Origin: Macrostomum hystrix
Taxonomy: Eukaryota > Animalia > Platyhelminthes
NCBI GenBank assembly: GCA_950097015.1
Contig: CATNEN010000034.1
Location: forward strand, 5,332,001 to 5,396,000
DNA: 64,000 bases
Reading direction: 5' to 3'
Below the pieces are notes generated by a model, which ran no database searches, was not told the DNA's origin, and saw only the letters and a list, made by a program, of their open reading frames with translations. The position numbers and the translations under genes were made by a program. Below, piece by piece: positions 24,129 to 36,200 of the stretch; the first letter of the stretch is position 1, and each line of letters starts with the position of its first letter.

Positions 24129-27100
24129 GTTTCTTGAGTTTGAAATGCACCGGTTTAGAGCTGAAAAAATTTTTGATACAACGAATTTATAGTTTCTGTG
24201 TATTACTATCGAGTCACATTCAGCTGCAATTAATTGGGCATTAACGGCTTATAACTAATTTTTTTAAATTCATATTACATCACATAGCGGTATTTTATTA
24301 TTTTATTAAATATAAAAGCAATATTATTTTTCTGTATAAGTAAAAAGGATTAGCCAGTAGTATATTCAGTAATATCTTAACTGTAAATTGCAAATTCATT
24401 ATTCAAATTGATTTTGTAATAACTGCCAATAAGCAGTAATACTAAGCATTTCCATTAGAGTTATATAGTAATTAAATATTAAACTCTAATAACCAACTTT
24501 CTCATTTCTTTGCTTGGCACAGTTTTTTATAACAAGGTTTTGTCTTCCTGTTACCTTCTGATATAGTAACAGAGAGATAAATGCTCTATGGGCAAGAAAA
24601 CCATTTCTTTGTAGACTCAAGAGTCACATAAAAGGTGGCAGTGAAGCTTTACATCTCGCTTCTATTGTATTTAATCAGCTCAGCATACACCTGTAGACAC
24701 AGTATGGGGATAGGGAGGAATGTGCTGGGGAATGACTAACACATGGCCATGGGAAGCTGTCTTTCAGTATTAAGATTCTTAATCTGATTAGCAATTCCCA
24801 CATGCCAATGCTCCATAATTATCTATCTTTAAATCACTTTATCATATTCCTGGGCTGTATTGATCTATAGGTGCCTCACTATATACATGAGCCATATACA
24901 TAAGTCATGTGAGCCATTAAAATAAAATGTTCTGAAGTTTATTTGCATGCTTATATCTATCCATATATCCCATGGTAACATTGCAACTTTTGCCATACTA
25001 TCCACACTATACTGTAGGGATAACAACTGACTTATCTGCATAGAACACTGGAGAGATAGCTTTCCTATCTTTATAGATTTAAAGCACTAAAAATGAGCTG
25101 ACTGGATAGCTGACCATTATTTCTATAGTCCAAACAAATGGATAAGAAAGCTATTTTTCTAACAATCCAAGTAGATAAGCCAATTGTTATTCCTATAGTT
25201 CATACAAACAAATAAGAAAGTTATATTTCTAGTGTTTAGTGTGGAAAAGCTAGTCATAATTCCTATGGTCACCATGTGGATAGTATGGGCTTGGCCATGA
25301 TTGCAATGGCACCAAGTGGTCGTGGATAAGCACTACACTTATAAACAGCATAGCTAAGAATATTAATTAAGCATTTGAATGTAGAGTTAAAAATAGGTTA
25401 AAAATATTTAAAACCTTTGAATAAAATAATATAATTCATAAATATTATGATCAATAATAAATACATCTAAGTTGATATACTAGACATTATTAATTATAGC
25501 TAGGCTCAAGCTAGTGTTGGCCTAATGTCAATGAGCAAGAGCATTTTATGTTTCACCCTTGCTTTATTAAGTTTCTATTGATCATTAGTAGTCATACTCT
25601 ATTATAATATTTCTCATTATTTCACTGCACTAAAATTTAAAATTTTAAGTCTATAGTAGTAATTATCTTTTTGTGACCCTTATGTCATATGGTATGTGGC
25701 CCAAATGCCTTATGTTTTATAGATATATGGCCATCATGTTGAGTGGTCATTTTGACTTAGGGCCTAGAAGCCAAGTAACAAGTACAAGTTTCTACAAGTA
25801 ACTTAGTCTACTCTATTTATTAACAGTATAAAGTCTAGCAACAGTAGGCCTAGGGTAAAGTATCATCAACCGAACAGTGTATCTTCAAAACCGAACAAGA
25901 ATTTTGACTCCTTCCTTGGTCTCGTGCAAGACAGAAACAAGCTATTGTGTTTTACAGAACAACTAATTTTAAAGCAGAAGAAATTATCTACAAGCTGAGG
26001 CATGATGTGCAATGAAACATTAAGAGGAAAGAAAGATATTGATGTTTCAGTAGAAATTTTTATTGCAAAAGCATACTTTTTAACAACATTTTTTCAGTAT
26101 GTACTTTAGACGAAGACTGTATGTGGTTGCTTGCCAATTAAATGACCATAAGTGTAGTTATTTATAGAGCATGAAAAATGCTATCAAATGACATAATTCT
26201 TGATAGTTCACTCCTTAAAATAAGATTAAACCACTCACTCAAATTATAAAACCAAACATCAAATTCTCTGTTTGGTTTGAAGATACATGAAAATCATTGT
26301 TCAGTTTTAGATAAAAAGTAGGAATAATTTATTTTCTATTTGACAAAATAGCTAAAGCAGATACTTTTTAGAAAGATGCAAATGTTTTCTATAACTTGGC
26401 TTTTGATTTATCATCATATCTTAAATAGAAAATCTGTAGCTGAGGTTTGAAGTTAAAAAAATACACATTCTTGTTTGGTTGATGATACTTTACCCTACCC
26501 TAGGCCTAGGCCTAATATTATTTTTTTAATATTAAAATGCAATCAAACAGTTTTATTTATATTAGTTACCCAAGGCTTAGCTAACCTGCCTACACAGACA
26601 TAGGGCAGGCTACATATATATGACAATACAATTATACAAATACATACAATTTCAGCTATCATCTTTATGATGCTTATATGCTAACTACAAGCCACTATTT
26701 AGACCTAGCTGTAGCCATAGCAAGTGTTATTTTAAATGAATAAATTGAAACTAATAAGCTTTATACTGGAACCTAACAGTTGTGTACCTCGACAGTGTTT
26801 AAGCTCGCGAATGCGATAAAGGGCTTAGTAGATGAGCCGGGCAGCGGACAAGGCTTCAGTCTGAGTTAGCTTTCATCTTTTGCACTGCACTCGAATAGGC
26901 TATTCAGCAGATGTTTCCTAGAAAATGCACATAGTTTAAGCATAATAACAACAACGTAAAATTTTCTAAAACGCAGCGCGATCGAAGCAAGGTTGTAAAA
27001 ACTTTTCGGTTGTCGTAAATGCATAGAGTTCTATTTTTTTCTGGTAAATGCTTTAATCACCAGTAAGTATTTCAAATCATAAAATATAAACAGAATTCTA

Positions 27101-27281
27101 ACAGGCCTATATTCAACATAGAAATTATCTTACCAATTTACCAATTTGCCCAGGACACAACTTAAATAAAAAAATTTAGAACTAGTTGTTGCTTTGTTGT
27201 TTTGTTGACATTTCTCCTCAATTAGTTGAATTATTTCCTTCCGGCCTTTATTGTATTACTACTAAAAAATTCGGCAATGTC

Positions 27282-27685
27282 CTAGTTTCCCGCGTTAAAG
27301 TATTTTGAGTTTAAAAACAGAAAAAGCTAAGCAAAACAAGTCAGTCCATGGTAGTCAGCAGACACGTTACTATATTAAACGTCATAATAATGGGCAACCC
27401 AGTAGAGAAAGTTGCCGAAGGTCTTCTCCGGATAGAGGCGCCGCCAGAGGTACTTGCTAAGGTGCAACTCGAACAGGCCATCGCTAGTGCCATGCATGCG
27501 CCGGAACTTCGGAACAATAGGCCCAGGCCTAGTTCACGCAGGGTGACATTTAGGTCACATAGGTCAGCAGCAGGCAGTAAACCCAGGACAGGAATGATTG
27601 TTGTTGATGCTCTAGGCCGGCCTGCCTTGTCAGATGCTCTAAAATAAAAAAATTCTGGTCAGAATAATTTAACGCGGGAAACTAG
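27282..27685. mobile_element. Putative MITE, 404 bp
   Basis: Perfect 18-bp inverted repeat CTAGTTTCCCGCGTTAAA (27282-27299 / 27668-27685), imperfect to ~27 bp, around a GC-richer core; TSD ambiguous (TA possible). Confidence 0.65.
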
Positions 27686-28580
27686 AATAGGCCCTATTGC
27701 CACAAATTCAAATATCTAGGCCCTGTCCTGGATGTAATCTATAAGCAGACAACCAGCTTGCAAAATATGAATTTGCATTTACTAATACATAATATACAAG
27801 GCAATGAATTTACATAGGCCTACCCAATTTAGGCCCAATTTGTTAAAAAATAGCCACATTGTGGCAGTGATTTTAGACCTACAAGAAATAATTTTATTCA
27901 TTAGGGCCTAACTGTTTCATTATCAGTTCTTTATTTCATAAATAAATACTAGCATTAATGCATAATTTTATTGCTACAATGTCAATGATGCTGCTATGTA
28001 TAACTGACTATTTATAGGCCTAATTATAGCAAGTGTTATCAAAGCCAAAGACAATAACTAACCTCAAATGCCAGTTAATTGTTAGCAATTTTTTCTTATT
28101 CTCTGGCATTGTACATTTGATGTAAATTAAAATATAAGAGTTTAGTTATAAAAAATCAAGTTTTTTTCATAGCACTTATTTTACTATAGTTGTTAATTTA
28201 AAAATGAGTCCCATTTGACTTGGGCTTTACTTGACTTAGCTGCAAAGCAGTCCAAAGATGCAGGGAAGAGGCAGGAGTCATCCATGTAGCTAATCCTAAA
28301 GACCCACTTAGGCTAAAGCACATGGCCTATTCCAAGAAAGTTAGACAGAGACAATCAGCCATTCTGCCAGGCAGATTATTCTCATTAGACAATGTAGATG
28401 TCTAAAGAGAGTGTAATGAAGTTGGGTCGGTTGGTAGGCACTTGCCTATTCCGTTTGGCTGCCATAAGGTCAGCCTTAAACATTCACAGAATGTGTACCT
28501 AGGGGCCTATAGGTGTGGAAAGATTTCTGAGCCTGAGGGCACAGGGAACCCCCTGCCAAAAAAGTGACTACAGGCATTAG

Positions 28581-29410
28581 GTGGTAACAGGACAATTCGG
28601 TAACAGACAATTCGTTAACAGACAGTTCAGTAACAGTGCCACAGGACAGTTCAGTAACATATCAAGGGACAGTTTGGTAACAATTGATTAAACTGGATTG
28701 GAAAGGTTTTTTGCGACATTATTTTATATTTAGTTCGGTAAAGTTACAAAGTAAAGTCAATAGCACTTTGAACCATATTTAGCTTTTCGAAATATGAGTA
28801 TTAGGTTGCATTTTGCATGTTACATATTTCACATTTGGGTGTCAAATAAAATATAAAACGTTAAAACTAAAAACTAAAACTGAAACTTGGAGTCAAGCAA
28901 CAAGTCAAGCGTCAAGTCAAAGACAAGTCAAAGAAAAACAAACATGTTACTTAGCAACAATGTACCGTGCTGCGGCCCGCAACATTCGATTTGCCGTTTT
29001 TGTCCCAGCCTGATACTCTGCCCAATACTGAAAGATCTTCGCCTCCTTTGACTGATGAGCGCGTCTCTGATAGTGGCAAAGTCTCTCCTGGGACACCAGC
29101 TTCGCCTGGAGAGAGGCCACCCTTGCCTCATTGAAAAGGAGCGCAGCTAGCTTGTAGAAGCCAAGGTTACCGCTTCGCACCCTCTGATTGAGTTGATTGT
29201 GATAACCTTCCGGGCCATTGTTGGTTCGAATGCTGCAGTTGAAAACGCTAACTTCGTTGAGCTGCCAGACATGACTGTGGATCCACGTGTTAGCCATGTA
29301 CTCACAGAGTGCACTAAGCTGCTCATTTTCTACTGCCTGTTGCAACTCCAAGAACTGAGCTTCCATGCGATTGCCAGGCAGAAAAGGGAGCGCCATTAAT
29401 TTTGTGGTTA
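28581..29410 (-). mobile_element. Mutator/MULE transposon remnant: C-terminal transposase fragment plus one repeat-rich end
   Basis: KLMALPFLP..YMANTW..VW..SVFN..RTNNGPEGYHNQLN (28947-29405) is a MULE C-terminal signature; tandem GGACA(A/G)TTC(G/A)GTAAC repeats at 28585-28685; other end not found. Confidence 0.8.
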
Positions 29411-30248
29411 TCGAAATAGAATTGCGGTAGAGCAGCACTCTTAACAGATAATAGTAAGACAAAACTCAATATTATTTGCGATGCGTTTCGGCTAAAACTA
29501 GCCATCTTCAGGCACTAACGAACAGAATTTTACTGAAGCATTATGTAGGCTAGATTTAATTTAATTCCAATTAATTAGTTCCAATTAATTAAAACAGAAA
29601 ATTCTCACTAAAAGTGAAAACTACATTTGAACGTACAGGTTGATTGATTAATAGTAATAAATTGTACTTTATGTACTTATTAATGCTTGTTTCTAATCAT
29701 GAACGGTTTTTGATGATTTTAATCTGCATACATTACAGTGTAACAGCCGCATGTAGTACAAACAACATACATTTTGCGCATATAAGCTATCAAATACGCG
29801 CAAAGCTTTCCAATGTACTATACATGCTTTTAAAACATACTAAACTTTTTAAGTTCGTAGAAAGTACTTATTAAAACTTAGAAAGCTAAGCATGTTGACA
29901 AAAATAAACAAGTCTTAGTAAGTTAGGCATAACTATAGCATAGCACTTATAAGACTTAGTAAGTATAGCCTGTTTTTTTCTGCTGGGCTTGCTTTGGTAC
30001 TATATTTTCTAGATAAGCCATTATTACCTTTTGTCTATAGTAAATACTTCCAGTATGTTTGTCATTTATTTGGTAATTGGCTTTTTAGTCATCTAATAAA
30101 ATATAATAATGTTTGATTTACTCGTATTAAGAGGCCCATGAGTATTACTTTACTTATTTTTTTCACAACTGCAGCAAGTTCATAAGAAATAATAAGTGAA
30201 ACAATCGTTGAAGATCTCAAGAAACACCAAACAAGCAATCCTCAAAGG

Positions 30249-33200
30249 ATGGAGATAACATCAGCTGACCATTTGGCCAGTGTTATCCACGAATTCTACA
30301 GCGGTGTCAATGCAGCTGTGAATGGACGCCTATTAGAGTCGTTTGAACAGCGGCCAGACAGTTGCGACCTCTGTCTGGCATTTTTGGAATCCGCTGGTGC
30401 CAGCTGCTCTGACTGGGTTCGCTATCACTGTCTGGGCGTGCTAGAGCGGCGATTGGCGGCGGCTGGCGCCGACAGGCGGCATCGGCTGGCTCAATTGCTA
30501 ATCGCTGCGTTTGGCGCGATGTCCGACCTGCAGTCGCCTGGTTTTCTTGTTAATAAAACGGCCAAGGTTGGTTGCTTAGCTAATCAACTGGATCCGCGGA
30601 TATTAAATGCTATATTTGTTTCTCTAGATTCTTAATCAAGTTAAAGTCAAAGAGTAAATTTACTCTTAAGAGAGCGTACTATTGAGTCCCTGAGTTTCAA
30701 TTCATTTCGACGTCACATTGGTTCCTCGGAGAACCAGCAAGGGGGATAGGAATTTTTGCGCATCTTCTGAAACAAGAATCAAGTCGCCAGCCCTTCAGAC
30801 CGTCGAGATATTTAACGGTTCTGGCCGAAGGTTGATTGTTTGAGAGACAAGTGAGGGTCCTGTGGATGAGCTTCGTCCCATATTGAGGCTTGATCAGCGT
30901 AATTGGAGAAATTTGCATCAGGGTGTCCATATTCGGCTGGTGCCACTTGTTGAAGGCCCAGCAGCTCCGTCTAGATAAATGTCCCGTGTGGCTATTTTGG
31001 TCCGGACTTAATGCAGGTCAAGTTCCGGATTTCGTCCTGTAGGAGATGGCAGTTCTGCATTGAAAATTCCGGACGAAAACCGGGGCAAGTGTTTAAAACC
31101 CGGACCAAAACTTGAGTAGAAAGCCACTTGGTCTGGAACTACCTTCCGTCACTGGTCCGGAATGTCATCCGGCGTGAATTCAAAAGAGGGCGGAATAATG
31201 TGGGCTGGATTTCCGGACAAAAGGATGGCCAAATGTATGCATTTGCCACTCGGTCGAAAGCCGGACTGATTTCCTGATCAAAAGCGGACGAACCTGTGAC
31301 GCGGGCAAGAGCCGGAACGATTTACGGATCAAATGCGGATGAATCCGCGACCCGGTCGAGAGCCGGAACGATTTCCGGGTCAAATGTGGTCATGCAAGGA
31401 TGTGATACTTTGAGTAATTTGTTGACTCAAAAAAAACGAATCTGTTGACTCAAACAATTTAACATGCCCATAGACACGAATTCTTTCATAGGAGAAGCGA
31501 GACTGGAGACTGGAGACACCTTTTTTTCATCCAATGCTACAGATGTAGTCTTTAGGTGTTGTCAAAACTCACGACACATTTTGCAGGCCTTGCGGGTCGC
31601 TGTTCGTATACTGTTCGTATATTTTTTAGTTAAAGAAGTCTATTTCATTGATCAATCAGTTCAACGTTGGAATCCAAATCTAAAGAGAACACAACTACCT
31701 TTAAACCAATTTTACTCCTCATTGCGTTCCTCTTCAAGGAAGCAAATCTTCCTTGCTTCCTTGCTTCATGTACAGGGTACATGAGTACTCTGTACTAATG
31801 TACCCTGTACCCCTATGATCAAGGAAGCGTGCTTACGTAGAGTTTCATTAAGTTTTTTCTCCCGCTGGAGATCGATGGCAAGCCCACGACACGAGGCGCA
31901 GCCGTGCGGCACTTCGGTTACCGGATTGTGGACGTTTGTCAGTTTCGATGCGGCTACAGCCTCGTTCTTGGTAGAGAAGCCTCCCTTGATGAGGGTGCCA
32001 GCGTACCTCTTCGCCTTACTCCGATTTGTCTTGGCCGTCACTATGAGCACCTGGCTGCCCACCGCTAGAGGCAGCGGTGAAGTCTTCGCTACGCCGACAA
32101 TGATTGCCGTGTCTAGCACTGACTGATCGGTGCACACGACTTCGGTACCGTTGTCGTATTGGGTGTATTGCAGCACGAAATACTCTGGAGTTGGTGCACT
32201 CTTCAGCCTACTGACTTCAGGCTCGCCTTCACTGCCGCCTTCAGCGGATTGCGGAGCACTGCTCTTTCTTTTCGCGGGCTGAGTGGCCACTGTTGCAGAC
32301 TCGCCGACGGTTGCGTCTGATGTGGCTACCTCGGAACTATCTAAAGTGCTAGTCGGATCATGTAACTCACGGGCAGCCGTAGTCTTAGCATCAGCACCTT
32401 GGTTTTTATTTTTATTTCGCCTCCCCGAAACCATTGGTCGCGATTTTAGATCGTGCTGGATCGCTGTAAGGGCGAGACGGATGCGATTCAGTTTGTTGTT
32501 CATTAATCAAAAAAAGGAAATTGAGCTTCTGCTTAAGAATGCTGTTTGGAGGGATCTCCCTTATACTTAATTAGCTATGTGATACAGGCTTATTTGAAAG
32601 TGTAGACGAGAAGTAGAAGTAAAGTATTAAAGACACAATATCCAGGTGCCATAAACCCCAAAACTATTTCATAGGACGGCGTGTCCTGCATATGCATTAT
32701 ACGTTTTATCTGATCAGATCTCGAGATAATAGTTCATGGGTCACCAATCGATCATGGAAGGGAGATAATGTCTACGACTGCAGGCTAATTTGACATTGTA
32801 GGCGAGAACAAAACATTTTTCCGCTGCAGCATAAGAGGGAAAAGCGGGAAATGGTCCATTGTCATTTTTTGGCCTTTTCAGACCCAAAAGCGCCATTCAA
32901 AGGTCGTCTACGTCGCTTGCCCACCTTCATGTGCGAATAGGGCGCCTCGGGCGGAGTGTCAGGCATAACGATTTTTTAGAAGTCGGGGTCATTGTTCACC
33001 TTCGGCAAGTTGCAACGGTGTCGGCCGTGCTCCTGCAGTCTCTGTATTTTAGACTCGGGAGATAGGTTGGAGAACCAACCCTCGCAGTCAGCGCAGGTGC
33101 GCGGCTCCAGCTCCTGCCGTTCCGCACGGCGGCGGACTGTGTGGACGAAGGCGTACGGCGGTTTTTTCCTGTCTGGAAGACGGTTAAAAGTCTCCCTCGT

Positions 33201-36200
33201 GACAAGGGCTGCGGCAGCTAGTGGCGACGATGGGCGACTCGACGCCGCAGGGAGACCTGTAGCGGGCACAGTGCCACGAGGATCCTCGCCCACATGCTGC
33301 GTCGATTGAGCTAGCGGCGACGATGGGTAAGTCCACCCTCCAAAAAGCTGCTCAGGGCCTTGTGTCTCAGAGCCCTCCTCGTCGTCGCTCAGCACGGCCT
33401 GACTGTCGGGCAGACGGCCCAAATATTCAGGGTCTCAGTCTCAGACCCCTCGTCGCTCCACTGGGTCAGTTCCGTCAGAAACGACGTGGGCATAAGGTCG
33501 TCGAGTAGGTGAGCCCAGTCTATTTGTTGATTGGAGGAGGCCTCCATAACTGCCGTCCAATGTTGCGCTGTAAATTTGTGAAAAGTGTTTCAATGTGTGA
33601 GTGAGTGAACCGAATAGTGAAGTGCATTGATGCATTCATGAAATAATGACAGAAGTGAATACACTTTAGATCGCTAATTTTCAACATCGAATGTTTTATT
33701 TATTTTTTATTTGACACACAGAGTCTAATGAAAGAGTCAGTTACATTTTAGCAATTGTACCATTACTACAGCAACTACTAGTAATACTGCTAATAATAAT
33801 TATTATATTTTTCAGTAACGGACAAACTCAAGCAGCAGAACAGCAAGTTTATAATAATTAAAAAGAGTAATTAAGATTCAACGTTGGAGAAACATGTACT
33901 TTATCACGTTGTCAGCGCTGGGTAACACGGGTCCTTCATAAAGCGGACACACTGCTCAAATCAAGGCCTCATAAACTCAAATGCCCAAACTCTACTAGTA
34001 CCTAGTCATTGAGTCCTTAAGTTCAAACTGAAAATTCTGAGTTCAAGCAAGTCGCACTGCCGGCAATGCCAAAAAATCATTATCTCGTACAGTATCGTTA
34101 TCATCCTCGCACAACCGCACCACGGAACCATTCGCAGTTTTATTGGAAACCCAGCTGTACATGCGGCAGCACAGCGATTTTAGTGCCCGACAATATGCAT
34201 GCGCCGACTACATCACAAGCCGGCACACGCATTGTCCGATCGAAATTCGTGCTGCTGTCGAAGGGGTCCGCTAGAAGAGATCGCACATGAGCGAAAGTAC
34301 AACCACGGTTCGCCGAAGTTGCAGGAACGGCGCACAGCGATTCCAGAGGGTCGACAAAGGCATCATGTACTGGCAGTACATGAAGCGTCAGCAGCACTTC
34401 TTGGCCCTCCTTGTCTATCGCGGCGACGCGGCCGAAAACAAAGGACCTGTCCTCGACAGACCTCCAAACAGCGACGAAGCAGCTGCACAACTTCAAAGCG
34501 GCGTAGTTTTTCGTCGGTCGGAACACCTCGATCGTCTGTCCAGACGGAATCGTGACTGCAGTCCAGCAATTCAAACTGTTTGTCGGGCGTCGTAAGACAA
34601 CTTCGCCACAAACTTCGGTTTCGAATTGCCTCCTGACACGCTGATCAGCGGCCAAATCACCGACCAGGAGACTCCGCATCTGGAGAGTCCCTAGCTCTCT
34701 CTCAACTGCTCCTACTAGTTCTACATCAGTTCGTCGAGTTCCATGCAAGCGATCTCGCAATTTCTGGTTTCTCAGCCCTGACTAGAAAGAGCTGGAAGAC
34801 GATGTACCGAACGATCCCGCAACACAACGCATGAAGATAGCACGATGGAGTGCCCCGCATAAAATCAAATCCGCAAAGTCGACTGCGACTGCGGATACGC
34901 GGACACTTCCGCGCACTCCAAGAGTGTCTGTGCGAAAGTCGCGTCCGTTAAGCGCATGATTGCGTGCCAAGGTGATGGTGTCGTGCATGCACCGGACTAC
35001 TGTCTGCTGACAGCCCAGTCACCTTGCAGCGTGCTGCATCGCCGGTGTCAATCCGACACTGTAGACTCGGCCATGACGAGACGGATGCAGGGCTGTTTTG
35101 ATGTAGCATTTTTCGCAACCGAAGGCCGCCGAAAATCGTCGCATGCACAAAACATCCGCCCGAGCTGGAGCGTCGAACATGGCTAAGATGGTGTGTACGC
35201 GCAGACGACGCCGCACGTTCGTGCTGTCGACGTACTCAACGCCTTCCAGGCGTAGTTCGTTGAGCCTGTCGACTAGTATGGGCAAGAACCCGGCCGGATG
35301 AAGCTTGATGACACTGCCGACACAGATGGCTACCTTCACAACGAATCTCAGCTTCACCCTATCTTGCAATTCGTTGATGCTCAGGTAAAGTGCGTAGACT
35401 TCAACGTTGCTCGTCGTGCGGACAGGGAATCCATCGCCGCAAATTGCGGCAGACAGGTCGCTGCGAGTAGCGGTGTCGATGCTGTCCAGGAAGTCTGCAT
35501 ACACTTCTCCGTTCCGCAGGTACAAGACGTCTGGATTAATTGGGGTATCAGCTGGGAACTTCACGTGCTCCAGCAAACCACGGGACTCAACTAGTATTTT
35601 CAGCTGCTTTCGAATGTCGAAGTGCCAGAAATTGCCTATTTTTGACGAGCCACAACTCAGACACCTGTCATCAGGTGAACGGCACTGCCGATCAAGAGTG
35701 TGTGCATGGCAGTCATTGCAAACAACTGCGCACGCAGTAGAACCCGCCGTAGATTGACAAGAATTCATTGCGTTGCGTGCTGTTCGGCCGCTTCTAGGCA
35801 AGCGGCAATTGGGAACGATGCGGTGCAGCATTGTCAGCATGCGCGTTAAGCCTCGGCGTGATAATTTAACGTCGTCAGCACATGACAGGACTTCGGCCAG
35901 AGCTTCCCCAACAGTCGCAGGGAGCGCCGGGTGCCACTGCAACTGCAACTTGTCTGTGGGTACGGGCAATTCGTCCTGCGAGCCGTCGTCGCTGGCCGAG
36001 TCGTCGTTGCCGGCGTCGTCCTGCGAGGGGTCGTTGCCGGCGTCGGCCTGCGAGCCGTCGTCGCTGGCCGAGTTGTCGCCTCCGGCGATATCCTGCGAGC
36101 CGTCAGCATTGACTGAGCAAGCAGTAAAGATGGGTGAAATATTGATTTAGCGTCATGAAGAAATATTCATAAAGTGTACTAAAGTGAACGTGTTCCACGC

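Noticed and set aside
27348-27647. 99-aa ORF inside the small MITE
   Set aside because: No transposase motifs; short ORF in a locally GC-rich core.
30697-30930. 77-aa ORF in the outer element, even when rejoined across the EnSpm insertion
   Set aside because: No recognisable domain in any rejoined frame.
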